Source: a virus (Duplodnaviria > Heunggongvirae > Uroviricota > Caudoviricetes). From it: a stretch of DNA of 64,000 nucleotides. The stretch lies in IMG/VR virus record IMGVR_UViG_3300042922_000270, one strand, 5' to 3'. The translations under genes were made by a program, and so were the position numbers. Of this stretch, positions 36,252 to 45,001 are shown piece after piece. Under the pieces are notes generated by a model. That model searched no databases, was not told the origin of the DNA, and saw only the letters and a program-made list of their open reading frames with translations. Numbering within the stretch: the stretch's first letter is position 1; each line of letters starts with the position of its first letter.

Positions 36252-36674
36252 TTAGTCTATTAAGGGCTTATAGATGAGCCCCTGACAGTTACCCTTCACA
36301 GCTCTGTTAAGTCTGTGGACACACGTATCACATAGATTATTGCTAGCCACTACAACCTCAGGTTTATGTGAAACCATCTTGGGAGGGAAGCACGCAGCAG
36401 AGGGAACCGGTCTAGGCTCAGCGGTCTGCTCGAAATAGGCTTTATCAGCATCCTGAGGACAAGTGAATGACTGTTGCATGTAAGTCATTCTATCTTTGGA
36501 CTCTACCTTATAGTTGGGCTGTCCATCGACTTCTTCGTAATAGAGTATATACGGCTGGTTATTGATAATAGCCGCAGCGGATGCTGTACTTATACTGGCC
36601 TTGATAGAATCGGTTATATCAAAGCCTACATTAAAATGAATGCTAGAAGGGTCTAGCTCAAACTCTGGTAACAT
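36252..36674 (-). CDS. hypothetical protein
   Basis: 140 aa ORF. Confidence 0.45.
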   Translation of the reverse strand: MLPEFELDPSSIHFNVGFDITDSIKASISTASAAAIINNQPYILYYEEVDGQPNYKVESKDRMTYMQQSFTCPQDADKAYFEQTAEPRPVPSAACFPPKMVSHKPEVVVASNNLCDTCVHRLNRAVKGNCQGLIYKPLID

Positions 36675-36736
36675 TAGTGGTGAACCTCATATCTGATTTG
36701 ATACAAGTATACCACTAATGTTACGCGATGAGAAGA

Positions 36737-37402
36737 TTATTCTCTTCTCCTTTTGATGACGGTGGTCTCTGTTTCTTGCAGGTGAAAGATACAGTTGCTT
36801 AGGGTACTGACATCAACAGCAGTGAACGGAGTAGTAGGGGCTATTAGCTCTACTATTCTCGTAACGTTCTTGTCATCAGTAAAGTAGAATTCGATTCTGT
36901 ATCTTCGTTCCACACTAGAACTTGATGGGATCAGGTCTAGTATGTCCATCATCAGCTTATTGTTACGAGACACGGCGTAGTGATAGGCCCCCCGGCCATT
37001 CTCATCTACTATCTCGGTGTTGGCTCCACAATCAACAAGCTTCTGAACCATTCTTATTCTGTCACGCCTAACCGCTAGGATGAGAGCTGTCTCACCTTTG
37101 TGATTGATTGTATCCAGTTCAATGTTTGGTTCATGTAAGAGCCTATCGAACATGTAGTCTTGGTCGTTGAGTACCGCCAGCATTAATGGGGTAACGTGAT
37201 CGTGGTTACCGATGTTAGGGTTTGCCCCGGCATCTAGTAGTCCATCAAACAGTTCTTCGTTACCAGCAATAACAGCTTTGATGAGAGGCGTCTCCCCCGA
37301 GTTGCTTCTCTTGTCTAAGCGTTCAGGATGTTTTCTGACATCCTTTAGGTATTGCTTTAATGCATCTCCAGTTAGATTAGGATCGTCTAACATAGTTTGC
37401 AC
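36737..37402 (-). CDS. ankyrin-repeat protein
   Basis: GETPLIKAVIAGNEELFDGLLDAGANPN ... HVTPLMLAVLND ... GETALILAV ... ; at least 4 ANK repeats. Confidence 0.75.
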   Translation of the reverse strand: MQTMLDDPNLTGDALKQYLKDVRKHPERLDKRSNSGETPLIKAVIAGNEELFDGLLDAGANPNIGNHDHVTPLMLAVLNDQDYMFDRLLHEPNIELDTINHKGETALILAVRRDRIRMVQKLVDCGANTEIVDENGRGAYHYAVSRNNKLMMDILDLIPSSSSVERRYRIEFYFTDDKNVTRIVELIAPTTPFTAVDVSTLSNCIFHLQETETTVIKRRRE

Positions 37403-37427
37403 TCCTATCTCTGATATCTCTGAATAG

Positions 37428-37742
37428 CTAGGTGGTAAAGAGAACCTCTACCTGGTCCTCACGAACAGTAAACTTATCTTCTATCCAATAAATGGTATGA
37501 ATACTATCTGGGTACTTAGCAAGGTCAGGCTCCAACATATCAGTGATCTTACCTATATAGCCTATATACTTACTAAAGTAGGGCTCATCCTTTAGGCTTC
37601 CGTGATCTAGATCTGGACCTCTTGCCGGATCCCCCGTTATGTCTAGTACTCGCACTAGATCGTTTAAATTGATCGACAATGTATCTCCCTGAAAGGTCAT
37701 TAAGAGGACTATTGTTAGGAGGCAACTTCTTAGCATTGGCAT
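37428..37742 (-). CDS. paralog-family-like protein
   Basis: INLNDLVRVLDI ... DQVEVLFTT; overlaps the 37585..37929 ORF. Confidence 0.45.
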   Translation of the reverse strand: MPMLRSCLLTIVLLMTFQGDTLSINLNDLVRVLDITGDPARGPDLDHGSLKDEPYFSKYIGYIGKITDMLEPDLAKYPDSIHTIYWIEDKFTVREDQVEVLFTT

Positions 37743-37929
37743 GCTGATTGCAGAACCTACAGGGGTACAGCATAGCTTCTCGCTGAGACTGAATGTCTCT
37801 TATGTCTGTGTACCACCTGCGGTCAGCGCAGCCCCAACACTGTTTCTTATCTAACTTCTCAGACAACAGCCCGAGTCCGAACAACACACTGTCCGTCTTC
37901 ATTGAGCATTTCTTGCTTGGTATACTCAA
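37585..37929 (-). CDS. Zn-ribbon-like hypothetical protein
   Basis: CWGC ... CRFC pairs; the 3' part overlaps the previous ORF in another frame. Confidence 0.35.
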   Translation of the reverse strand: MSIPSKKCSMKTDSVLFGLGLLSEKLDKKQCWGCADRRWYTDIRDIQSQREAMLYPCRFCNQHANAKKLPPNNSPLNDLSGRYIVDQFKRSSASTRHNGGSGKRSRSRSRKPKG

Positions 37930-38115
37930 CCAACTGATCTAGGAGTTTTTGTGTAGTTAGGCCAGGCTGTCTGTACATAGAATTGAAGATCAACTCTCCG
38001 TTACGTTCAATCGTGCCTACTAGTATATTAGCAACCATGTTCCAGCTTACCCTCAGGAATGTAGACTAGCCATCTAGTCTTATGTGTTTAGCTGTCTCGT
38101 AGCTCTGAAGAAGTT

Positions 38116-38364
38116 CTATACCGAAAAGATTAACTCTAGTTCATATTTGTGAGCCCAAAGGCCCAGACCATCGAATACTATCCAGTACCAACTGTTTATC
38201 ATGGGGTCGCCCATTGGCCCACGAGGCATGATAACCTCAGCTATCTGACCTACGTATCGGCTAATGTAACGACCCCTACCTGTGTTATAGACTTGACCTG
38301 GTGTACGAACAGCAGTATTAACTCTCTTGATTACAACAAGGTCACCCTTATGGAATAAAGTCAT
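38116..38364 (-). CDS. small paralog-family protein
   Basis: FHKGDLVVIKRV ... YELELIFSV. Confidence 0.6.
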   Translation of the reverse strand: MTLFHKGDLVVIKRVNTAVRTPGQVYNTGRGRYISRYVGQIAEVIMPRGPMGDPMINSWYWIVFDGLGLWAHKYELELIFSV

Positions 38365-38591
38365 TTAGTAAAGAAGAGTTCTATCTCTTCTCTCCCAAAG
38401 TAATCGGCCTCATAGTCGTTATAGTCCTTATCAAACTTTAGAAAGTACTCTAGGCCTTGACGACAGCCAAGGTCTAGATGCTCAACCTCATAGATTTTGC
38501 CTATGTGGGTGCCCTTCCAGTCGTCTCTTCCAGACCTGGGGCCATCAGATAGAACTATAACCAGATCACCAGGTTTAATGTTATTCGTCAT
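38361..38591 (-). CDS. small paralog-family protein
   Basis: IKPGDLVIVLSD ... EEIELFFTK. Confidence 0.6.
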   Translation of the reverse strand: MTNNIKPGDLVIVLSDGPRSGRDDWKGTHIGKIYEVEHLDLGCRQGLEYFLKFDKDYNDYEADYFGREEIELFFTK

Positions 38592-39804
38592 ACTTGAGGT
38601 TAAACTTAGGGCTGATAACCTTGAAGCTTACGAAGCCAGCGTTTAGATCACCCAGATCAAAATCGAACTTAGGCTCGACTAGTCTGTAGACATCACCTTC
38701 ACGCTCAGTCTTCTTGTTATGAACCGACTTACCTTCGGCCATAGCCACAAGCTCGTCCACTGTGTGATTGAGAACAAAGTCTCTATCGATGATAGGAACC
38801 ATGTTAAGGCCTAGAGCTCTAACAAGCTTCTCAGTTTCTTCAAGACTATAATAGGTAAGGCTATCCGGATCGAATGCCTGAAAGACGAATAGATCCTTCT
38901 TCTTAAAGTCATACTTGTTACCCTGAATACCGGGACCACACATCTCACCCTGAATAACCAGATTGGTTCCAAAAGGAGTGCAGAGTGACCTCATCTTAGT
39001 TTCCAGGTCCAGCTCAAGGGCTAGCTCCCAGAAGGTAGGATCAACTCCAGCATCAATGTCCACAAGAGCTAGCAGCTCGTTGAAGAACTTCTTACGAACA
39101 ATACCAGTCCACTTAGGATTGTACTTGTCCATAAAGATAGTCCACTTGTACTCAGCCATCTTAATCTTCTTACGAAGGTTAAACTTAGTACAGACCTTGG
39201 ACCACCAATCATCACCAGGACGCGCTAGCTCTAGGTTACGAGAAGCAATACCGAACTTACCATCTTTGAGGTAGGCAGTGAAGCTGGAACCGTCCATCTT
39301 CTCAGCCCTATAGAATCTATGACCTCTGTACTTCTCCAGGAGCTTCTCCAAGATCTGTACACGAGTCTCGTCAGTCTTATAGATGAACGAGGGGAAGGGC
39401 ATACCAGACTTCTTCCGGAAGACACCAGCCAACTTAGGCTGACCCTTCTGAGGCTTCTGGTAGGGCTCCCACTTCTTGATACCGATGACATCAGTCACGT
39501 CAGTACCCTCAGGGCAGCCTTGCATGTTTTTAGGTAGAATAGTTACAGGGAAGCAGATACCCTGAGAGATCTGACCACGGAGCTTAATAGTCTGGACTCT
39601 GAACTTACGCTGACGCATAAACTCAAACTCAGGCTTCTCCGGTAGGAGAGAATCGATCTCAACGTAAACACACTTATCACCAGGTTTAAACTCGTCAAGT
39701 TTTACAACTACGTTCCAACCAAGTACCCTAGCTCTCTGAATAGCATCAGCGCCCTCAATGGGCTGAATATCTTTGATAGTCTGAATAGAGGCTAGTTTTC
39801 TCAT
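38581..39804 (-). CDS. RNA ligase (ATP-dependent, Rnl-family)
   Basis: AEKMDGSSFTAY contains the nucleotidyltransferase motif I (K.DG) in an Rnl-like context; 407 aa. Confidence 0.65.
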   Translation of the reverse strand: MRKLASIQTIKDIQPIEGADAIQRARVLGWNVVVKLDEFKPGDKCVYVEIDSLLPEKPEFEFMRQRKFRVQTIKLRGQISQGICFPVTILPKNMQGCPEGTDVTDVIGIKKWEPYQKPQKGQPKLAGVFRKKSGMPFPSFIYKTDETRVQILEKLLEKYRGHRFYRAEKMDGSSFTAYLKDGKFGIASRNLELARPGDDWWSKVCTKFNLRKKIKMAEYKWTIFMDKYNPKWTGIVRKKFFNELLALVDIDAGVDPTFWELALELDLETKMRSLCTPFGTNLVIQGEMCGPGIQGNKYDFKKKDLFVFQAFDPDSLTYYSLEETEKLVRALGLNMVPIIDRDFVLNHTVDELVAMAEGKSVHNKKTEREGDVYRLVEPKFDFDLGDLNAGFVSFKVISPKFNLKYDE

Positions 39805-40067
39805 TTAGTAAATACCAATTCCAAATCATCTGGGTGTACCAGTCTAGTATTATCCGAACGTCCAGGGTATGCACCCAGTGTAATATACACATGGTCTTCC
39901 CAGAGAGTAGAGCCAGTTGGATACAGATATTCGAACACAGCCCCTATATCTGCTTCTGTTGGAGCATAAGAAGTTGCTTTTCTGTATCTGCAATTATCTA
40001 GACGGGTTAGTATAACCAAGTCACCACTAGAGAAGTTCTTCGAGGCTCTCACGAATAGCTGCCTCAA
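39801..40067 (-). CDS. small paralog-family protein
   Basis: FSSGDLVILTRL ... DDLELVFTK. Confidence 0.6.
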   Translation of the reverse strand: MRQLFVRASKNFSSGDLVILTRLDNCRYRKATSYAPTEADIGAVFEYLYPTGSTLWEDHVYITLGAYPGRSDNTRLVHPDDLELVFTK

Positions 40068-40353
40068 CTTCTAGAGTGTCGATGTAATAATCCTCGTTTG
40101 CATCAAGGTAACTCAACGCAGTCATACCAAAGTTATCTTCGAGTTTAGGGTTAGCACCCTGCTGTTTGAGATAAGCATAGACAGTAATGTCAGTACTTAG
40201 GGCAGCTAGTACTAGAGGTGTTGCTCCATCACTATCAGTACAGTTAATATCTGCACCAAGAGTTAGAGCTTCGATAACATCTTCTATATTGTTCTCTGAG
40301 GCCGCTTTTAGCAGCATAGCGTTATACGCTTCTTGAAGGATTTGTTGATTCAT
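40027..40353 (-). CDS. ankyrin-repeat protein (short)
   Basis: DGATPLVLAALSTD ... GMTALSYL ; 2-3 ANK repeats. Confidence 0.65.
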   Translation of the reverse strand: MNQQILQEAYNAMLLKAASENNIEDVIEALTLGADINCTDSDGATPLVLAALSTDITVYAYLKQQGANPKLEDNFGMTALSYLDANEDYYIDTLEVEAAIRESLEELL

Positions 40354-40377
40354 AGTTTTAAGGCTTCGGGGGCTTAA

Positions 40378-40393
40378 GCCCCCTCAGCTCGTA
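40378..40393. terminator. palindromic GC hairpin
   Basis: GGGGGC-TTAA-GCCCCC between the 40404..40964 gene and the ankyrin gene. Confidence 0.4.
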
Positions 40394-40403
40394 TCTTTCT
40401 TTG

Positions 40404-40964
40404 TTAGATTAGCACGTTGGGCTCAAGGTTCTCGATCTGCTCAGCTGCTCGCTTAGCGTGCTCGAAAGCCTTGGAGGCGATCTGGCTCACCTTCTGGGTG
40501 GGGTCAATCTTAAACCCTTCGTGTAGCGCAACTGACTCGGGGTTGAACCCGATGAGACAGTTGATAGGAGTGATACCCTTGGCGAGGAAAAGGTCGCCGT
40601 TGATCCCGTAGTGGGCCAGGTAATCCGTATTCGCCCATTCCTTGAGTGAGCCAAAGAAGCGGTGAGGCTCCTGAGACAACTTAGGGAAGTAGTACTTGGG
40701 ATTGTCCTTATCGTTGGACTGCTTCTCACCAATGAATCGGTCTTCACCGATACGCCACTGATGGAACCCGCAAGCTTCGAAAGCGATGACAGAAGCGTAG
40801 TCAATGTTCTCCAGCTTCACGTAATCCGTGTTGATGGCTAGATTGACATGCTTGGGAATGATGCGCTCACCATCCTCACCGTCCACGAAGACCAAAAGCG
40901 AAGAGCGACCCTCTTTAAAGTCGATACGCTTCTTTACTCGGCCGGTGTACATCTTCTTGTTCAT
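40404..40964 (-). CDS. hypothetical protein (GC-rich island)
   Basis: 186 aa ORF with clearly elevated GC. Confidence 0.45.
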   Translation of the reverse strand: MNKKMYTGRVKKRIDFKEGRSSLLVFVDGEDGERIIPKHVNLAINTDYVKLENIDYASVIAFEACGFHQWRIGEDRFIGEKQSNDKDNPKYYFPKLSQEPHRFFGSLKEWANTDYLAHYGINGDLFLAKGITPINCLIGFNPESVALHEGFKIDPTQKVSQIASKAFEHAKRAAEQIENLEPNVLI

Positions 40965-41006
40965 CTGGGAGTTCCCCCTAATTCTTAAAATAACAAGACT
41001 AGGTAT

Positions 41007-41354
41007 CTAGTCCTTCAGGAATATTCTCGCTATCTCAGATATAAGTTTGGGGGCTTCAGTCATTAAACCTCCGGTAGACAACCATTTGATTAAACAAACG
41101 TACTTAGGCAACCTGTGGTGCTCTAAGTCTTGGATAATGGTTGCTACGACAGGTACCTCCAGTAACTCATTAGTTTTATGGTTACAATAGACCTTCCTAT
41201 TTTGGCCTGCGTACACCCCAATCTCTTTAGCAAGGATATCCTTCTCTTTAGTGGTCCAAGGTTTGCCTGGATCTTTATGGAGTTGGGCTACCGCTCTGCT
41301 GAAGTACAGGGAGTAATTAGGAAGGCTATCTGGAACTTGTAGTTCATCAATCAT
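41007..41354 (-). CDS. hypothetical protein
   Basis: 115 aa ORF. Confidence 0.45.
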   Translation of the reverse strand: MIDELQVPDSLPNYSLYFSRAVAQLHKDPGKPWTTKEKDILAKEIGVYAGQNRKVYCNHKTNELLEVPVVATIIQDLEHHRLPKYVCLIKWLSTGGLMTEAPKLISEIARIFLKD

Positions 41355-41491
41355 GTAGTATTAAGTAATTCTCCGGTTAAACAGACATAACAGTGACCAT
41401 GTAGGGTCTGCTGTCTGTTAGGTTGGATGCACACGTAACACATACAAGAATGACTAGAGGGAGGCTATAACGGCTTCCCTGAGATTAGTTG

Positions 41492-42250
41492 TTAAGCGAC
41501 GAGGCCTTTGGCACGAGCCTGCTTGAGCCAGCCGGGGAACTCGGTGAGGATCTTCCCATAGAGCTTAGGCCCATCGAGGGTCGGCTCCATGTGGAAGAAG
41601 TCAGCATTGTCCAGGAAGCGACCAGTCAGGTCGTCCAGCTTCTGGAGGAACTTGAACTGCTCGTTGCCGATGCCCACGAACTGGAAGAAGATGGCATGAG
41701 TCGAGGCGTCACGAAGAGCCTTCTCAGTCTCGGGGTGATCGAAGTTCTCACCATCGGTCAGGAAGAACACGAAGGTAGGAACCTCCGGAGTGCGCTCCTC
41801 GCTAGACACGTGGGTGACAGTCTCGGTCTTACCGAAGAAGCCCATGATGCCCTTAGCCTTCTCAGTGGTCGTGGTGATCTGCTGCTGCTTGTTGCCCATG
41901 TCAGCCACGATGGCGTTGATGGTGTAAGCAAACATGGTACCACCACTGGCACGGATGTTCTTGTTGATCCAGCCATCCGAGTTGGAGACGGACATGGTAC
42001 CAACCTTACCATGGTTGATGGTGTAGACGTCGATCTGCTGATCCGGATCCCAATGGGCCGACAAGGCGAGCAGACGGTCAGCAACGTTCTGGACCTGGCC
42101 AGACGAATACTCACCACCCATGCTACCGGAGTCGTCCAGGACAACCACAACGTTCGCTCTCAGAGTGTCGAGGTTCTTCTTCTCCAAGGTCAGCTTGACT
42201 TCCTTCTGGAGGGTCAGCTGGTCTTCCTTCTTGAGAGAAAGCATAGTCAT
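41492..42250 (-). CDS. vWA-domain protein (TerY-like)
   Basis: VVVVLDDSGSMGG MIDAS motif; about 250 aa like TerY/TerF vWA proteins; GC-rich. Confidence 0.65.
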   Translation of the reverse strand: MTMLSLKKEDQLTLQKEVKLTLEKKNLDTLRANVVVVLDDSGSMGGEYSSGQVQNVADRLLALSAHWDPDQQIDVYTINHGKVGTMSVSNSDGWINKNIRASGGTMFAYTINAIVADMGNKQQQITTTTEKAKGIMGFFGKTETVTHVSSEERTPEVPTFVFFLTDGENFDHPETEKALRDASTHAIFFQFVGIGNEQFKFLQKLDDLTGRFLDNADFFHMEPTLDGPKLYGKILTEFPGWLKQARAKGLVA

Positions 42251-42258
42251 GTAGATTA

Positions 42259-43527
42259 CTACTCCTTTTGACTTCCGAAGAAGTTATTACCAGACATAAG
42301 CTGGGTAAGCATTAGCATCTCTGAAAGGTCAGACTTACCTTCACCCTTGCCCATGAACATCATCATAGCCATAGGGTTCTTGGAGAAGTCCATAGTAGTA
42401 TTGCCGCCACCCATGAACTGAGACAACATCATCATCTCAAGTGGATCGGACTTTCCTTCGCCCATCATGCCAAACATCATGAGCTGGTTAAGGTTAGCGT
42501 TGTTATCGCCACCAAAATTCATCATAGAGACGACCTTAGTAAATAGCTTCATACCAAACATGTTGGAGCTAGGTACTAGAGTCTCTTCTTTACTGTTACG
42601 AGGATTGATACCTACAATGTTACCATTCTTCTTGATATCAGTTACAAATAGATACAGATCAGAACCACCATTACCACCACTGTTGTTTAGGATTAGATCA
42701 CCCTTCTTAACGTCAGTAGCCTGGACAGGCATATTGTATAGAAAGTCACCACCCATAGCCATCCCAGCGGGTACACGAGTAAGCTCTGAACCATTAAACG
42801 CAGCATACTCTTGATTACCTGCTAGAGCTACAGCTACGCCTGCAGCAGTGAGGCTAACTTCATTAGAAGTGTTCTTACCAAAGGTGACACCCAGAAGCTT
42901 CTTAAAGTTCATATTGTTCTTGCTTTCTTCCTTGGGCGCTTCAGCCCCAATAGTAGTCTTGTCTGTACCATTAAGAGTTGTATTAGCCGCTAGCTTAGTA
43001 CCGGTAGATTCAACTTTCCACTTACCATCTTCACCCTTAACAATACGTTTGGGGTCAGTTGGGTTTGCTCTGAGACCAAGCCAACCGACATGGTCATCTT
43101 TCTCAACAATAGTTAGTTCTAGGTCGTCAGGGTCGTCGGCACATTGTCCCCGAATATTATAACAATAAGCTGTGCCATCGCCGTCTTCAGCAGTGACTGC
43201 CCAAGGCCAGTCTTTTAGCTCATCACTGATACCAGTTACTGTAACAAAGGTGCCGTCATCATCACCAAGAACATAGGTATCACCCACACTCCAGTCAAAC
43301 TTAGGTTTAGGAATCTTGGCTGTAGGCCCGACTACACGCATAGGATCTAACATTGAATCGTAACGACCCTGTCTTCCATCCTCCATGTGCCACTCTTCGT
43401 AGGTCCCATGAATATCTTTCATTAGATATGGATATTGATCATCGTCGTCATCGTATTCTACGTATCTCAGAACGGTACCATCGACGGTCTCGTAGTACCG
43501 CCCTAGCATCCAGTTAATCTTACTCAT
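42259..43527 (-). CDS. hypothetical protein with Met/Gly-rich C-terminal repeats
   Basis: 422 aa; C-terminus has repeated GEGKSD(L/P)xEMxML segments. Confidence 0.45.
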   Translation of the reverse strand: MSKINWMLGRYYETVDGTVLRYVEYDDDDDQYPYLMKDIHGTYEEWHMEDGRQGRYDSMLDPMRVVGPTAKIPKPKFDWSVGDTYVLGDDDGTFVTVTGISDELKDWPWAVTAEDGDGTAYCYNIRGQCADDPDDLELTIVEKDDHVGWLGLRANPTDPKRIVKGEDGKWKVESTGTKLAANTTLNGTDKTTIGAEAPKEESKNNMNFKKLLGVTFGKNTSNEVSLTAAGVAVALAGNQEYAAFNGSELTRVPAGMAMGGDFLYNMPVQATDVKKGDLILNNSGGNGGSDLYLFVTDIKKNGNIVGINPRNSKEETLVPSSNMFGMKLFTKVVSMMNFGGDNNANLNQLMMFGMMGEGKSDPLEMMMLSQFMGGGNTTMDFSKNPMAMMMFMGKGEGKSDLSEMLMLTQLMSGNNFFGSQKE

Positions 43528-43764
43528 CTGTTACCTTTCCAGGTGTATTTAATATAAAGGGCGATTGAAGGGTACTGCCCCCTCTTCTCCGGCTTCACAG
43601 GCCGGCGCATCACTAAAATGCTTCAAACGCCACAAACTTACTTCAGTGCCGAAAAGATCGACAACCCGAGCCCAATGAGGCCCATACCAATACCAGCCAT
43701 AACCAGATGAGCGTAGGTAGCTGGATCCATGATACCCATACCGATACACACACCGGCAAAGATA

Positions 43765-44334
43765 CTAATCGTCTGACCTACTGAACGAAGGAATAGCACT
43801 TACTGCCCTCAACTTACTTAGATAGTCCAGGCCTTTAGCTCTGGTGTCCTTAATACTGTCTAGTTGGTCTTGTGTCAGGTTAAGATACTCTAGCCCACAA
43901 GCCCACTCATAAATTCTTCGATTGATCTCAGGAACCTTAACCATACGCTCAGGATACCCTAGACTCTTAGTTCTGTACTCTAGGGTGTATCTATTGTCGT
44001 AGGGTAGTCTTTCATCTCTGAGCCTACGAGAACCTAGCTCATAGAAACTAAGCTGGGGATCTAGACCTTTGGTGAACTTCTCAAGGTTCACAAACTTCAT
44101 CACACTGTCATCAAACAGGATATAGGTCTGAACATAGTCCTGCGCTACGTGACCTGAGCAACAGTACTGTGTCTCATAACCTTTACGGTTAAGTTCGAAG
44201 ATGGTGGGTACCATCATGTCATCTATCTCAATGAGGCCGTTCTCACAGGAAGGACACTCTTTAGGGTCAAATCTCGGATCGTGATAATACGGATGAGCTG
44301 CCTCACACTTAAGGCATACACGAAATGTTGACAT
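43765..44334 (-). CDS. Zn-ribbon hypothetical protein
   Basis: CLKC ... CPSC N-terminal zinc ribbon; 189 aa. Confidence 0.45.
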   Translation of the reverse strand: MSTFRVCLKCEAAHPYYHDPRFDPKECPSCENGLIEIDDMMVPTIFELNRKGYETQYCCSGHVAQDYVQTYILFDDSVMKFVNLEKFTKGLDPQLSFYELGSRRLRDERLPYDNRYTLEYRTKSLGYPERMVKVPEINRRIYEWACGLEYLNLTQDQLDSIKDTRAKGLDYLSKLRAVSAIPSFSRSDD

Positions 44335-44344
44335 AGGCTACCTT

Positions 44345-44575
44345 CTATATTGTGTAAATGACTTCTACGTTCTTCCAGTAAAACTCACATTCGTTACTAA
44401 CGCCCTGATAGTATTCAGGGGTATCCACTAGAATAAACCAATCAGTAACATCAAAGTCAGCACTAGACACCCAGGTGTCCACCACCCACATGACTCTAAA
44501 GATCTGACCATAGTACTTAGACTTTGTATCTTTGATGATGACCATATCATCAATATGTATAGGTTGTGGTTTCAT
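44345..44575 (-). CDS. small paralog-family protein
   Basis: HIDDMVIIKDT ... KNVEVIYTI. Confidence 0.55.
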   Translation of the reverse strand: MKPQPIHIDDMVIIKDTKSKYYGQIFRVMWVVDTWVSSADFDVTDWFILVDTPEYYQGVSNECEFYWKNVEVIYTI

Positions 44576-44579
44576 AAAG

Positions 44580-44652
44580 TCGGCCCTACGGGATTCGAAC
44601 CCGTGCTAAGAGTTTTAGAGACTCCTGTGCTATCCGCTAACACCAAAGGCCG
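44580..44652 (-). tRNA. tRNA with anticodon CUA (predicted amber-suppressor tRNA)
   Basis: Hand-folded cloverleaf: acceptor CGGCCUU/AGGGCCG, D-stem GUGU/GCAC, anticodon stem GGAGU/ACUCU, loop C-U-CUA-A-A, T-arm ACGGG-UUCGAAU-CCCGU, discriminator A; no encoded CCA. Confidence 0.6.
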
Positions 44653-44667
44653 ACAAACTTGTTTACG

Positions 44668-44916
44668 TTAGACTAGCCATATCTCCTCCAGATACCTATC
44701 TGTTTGTTCAGCATCAGCCATAAGCTCTGCTGCGTCTTTAAATAGGGTAATCCTGAGGACTAGGCCTCTAGTCTTGTTTAGGTTGGAGATGATGCCGTAC
44801 AGACCGCTCTTACTGATCTGTCCAGGTCTAAGCCTGTCACCCTTAATGTATTGATACGGCTGTATCCTAAGGGTACGGTCATCGGAGTTATCTATAATAT
44901 GCTGAGCAAGGGACAT
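44668..44916 (-). CDS. hypothetical protein
   Basis: 82 aa ORF. Confidence 0.4.
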   Translation of the reverse strand: MSLAQHIIDNSDDRTLRIQPYQYIKGDRLRPGQISKSGLYGIISNLNKTRGLVLRITLFKDAAELMADAEQTDRYLEEIWLV

Positions 44917-45001
44917 AGAGAACGTAGCTCTATGAATCTTCTTGTCTGAGACAATACAATAGACAATGTCACTGCTCTTACATGAACAGCTGATCTTGGG
45001 T

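Noticed and set aside
41489-42271. 260-aa plus-strand ORF
   Set aside because: It lies exactly antisense to the TerY-like vWA gene in a GC-rich island. It has no motifs, and the minus-strand gene carries a clear MIDAS motif. High GC suppresses stop codons on the opposite strand.
43549-43749. 66-aa aromatic/Gly-rich ORF (MYRYGYHGSSYLRSSGYGWYWYG...)
   Set aside because: Its low-complexity composition lies in an intergenic stretch with a GC hairpin (CCGGC-TTCACAG-GCCGG). It is more likely non-coding, so it is not listed as a feature.
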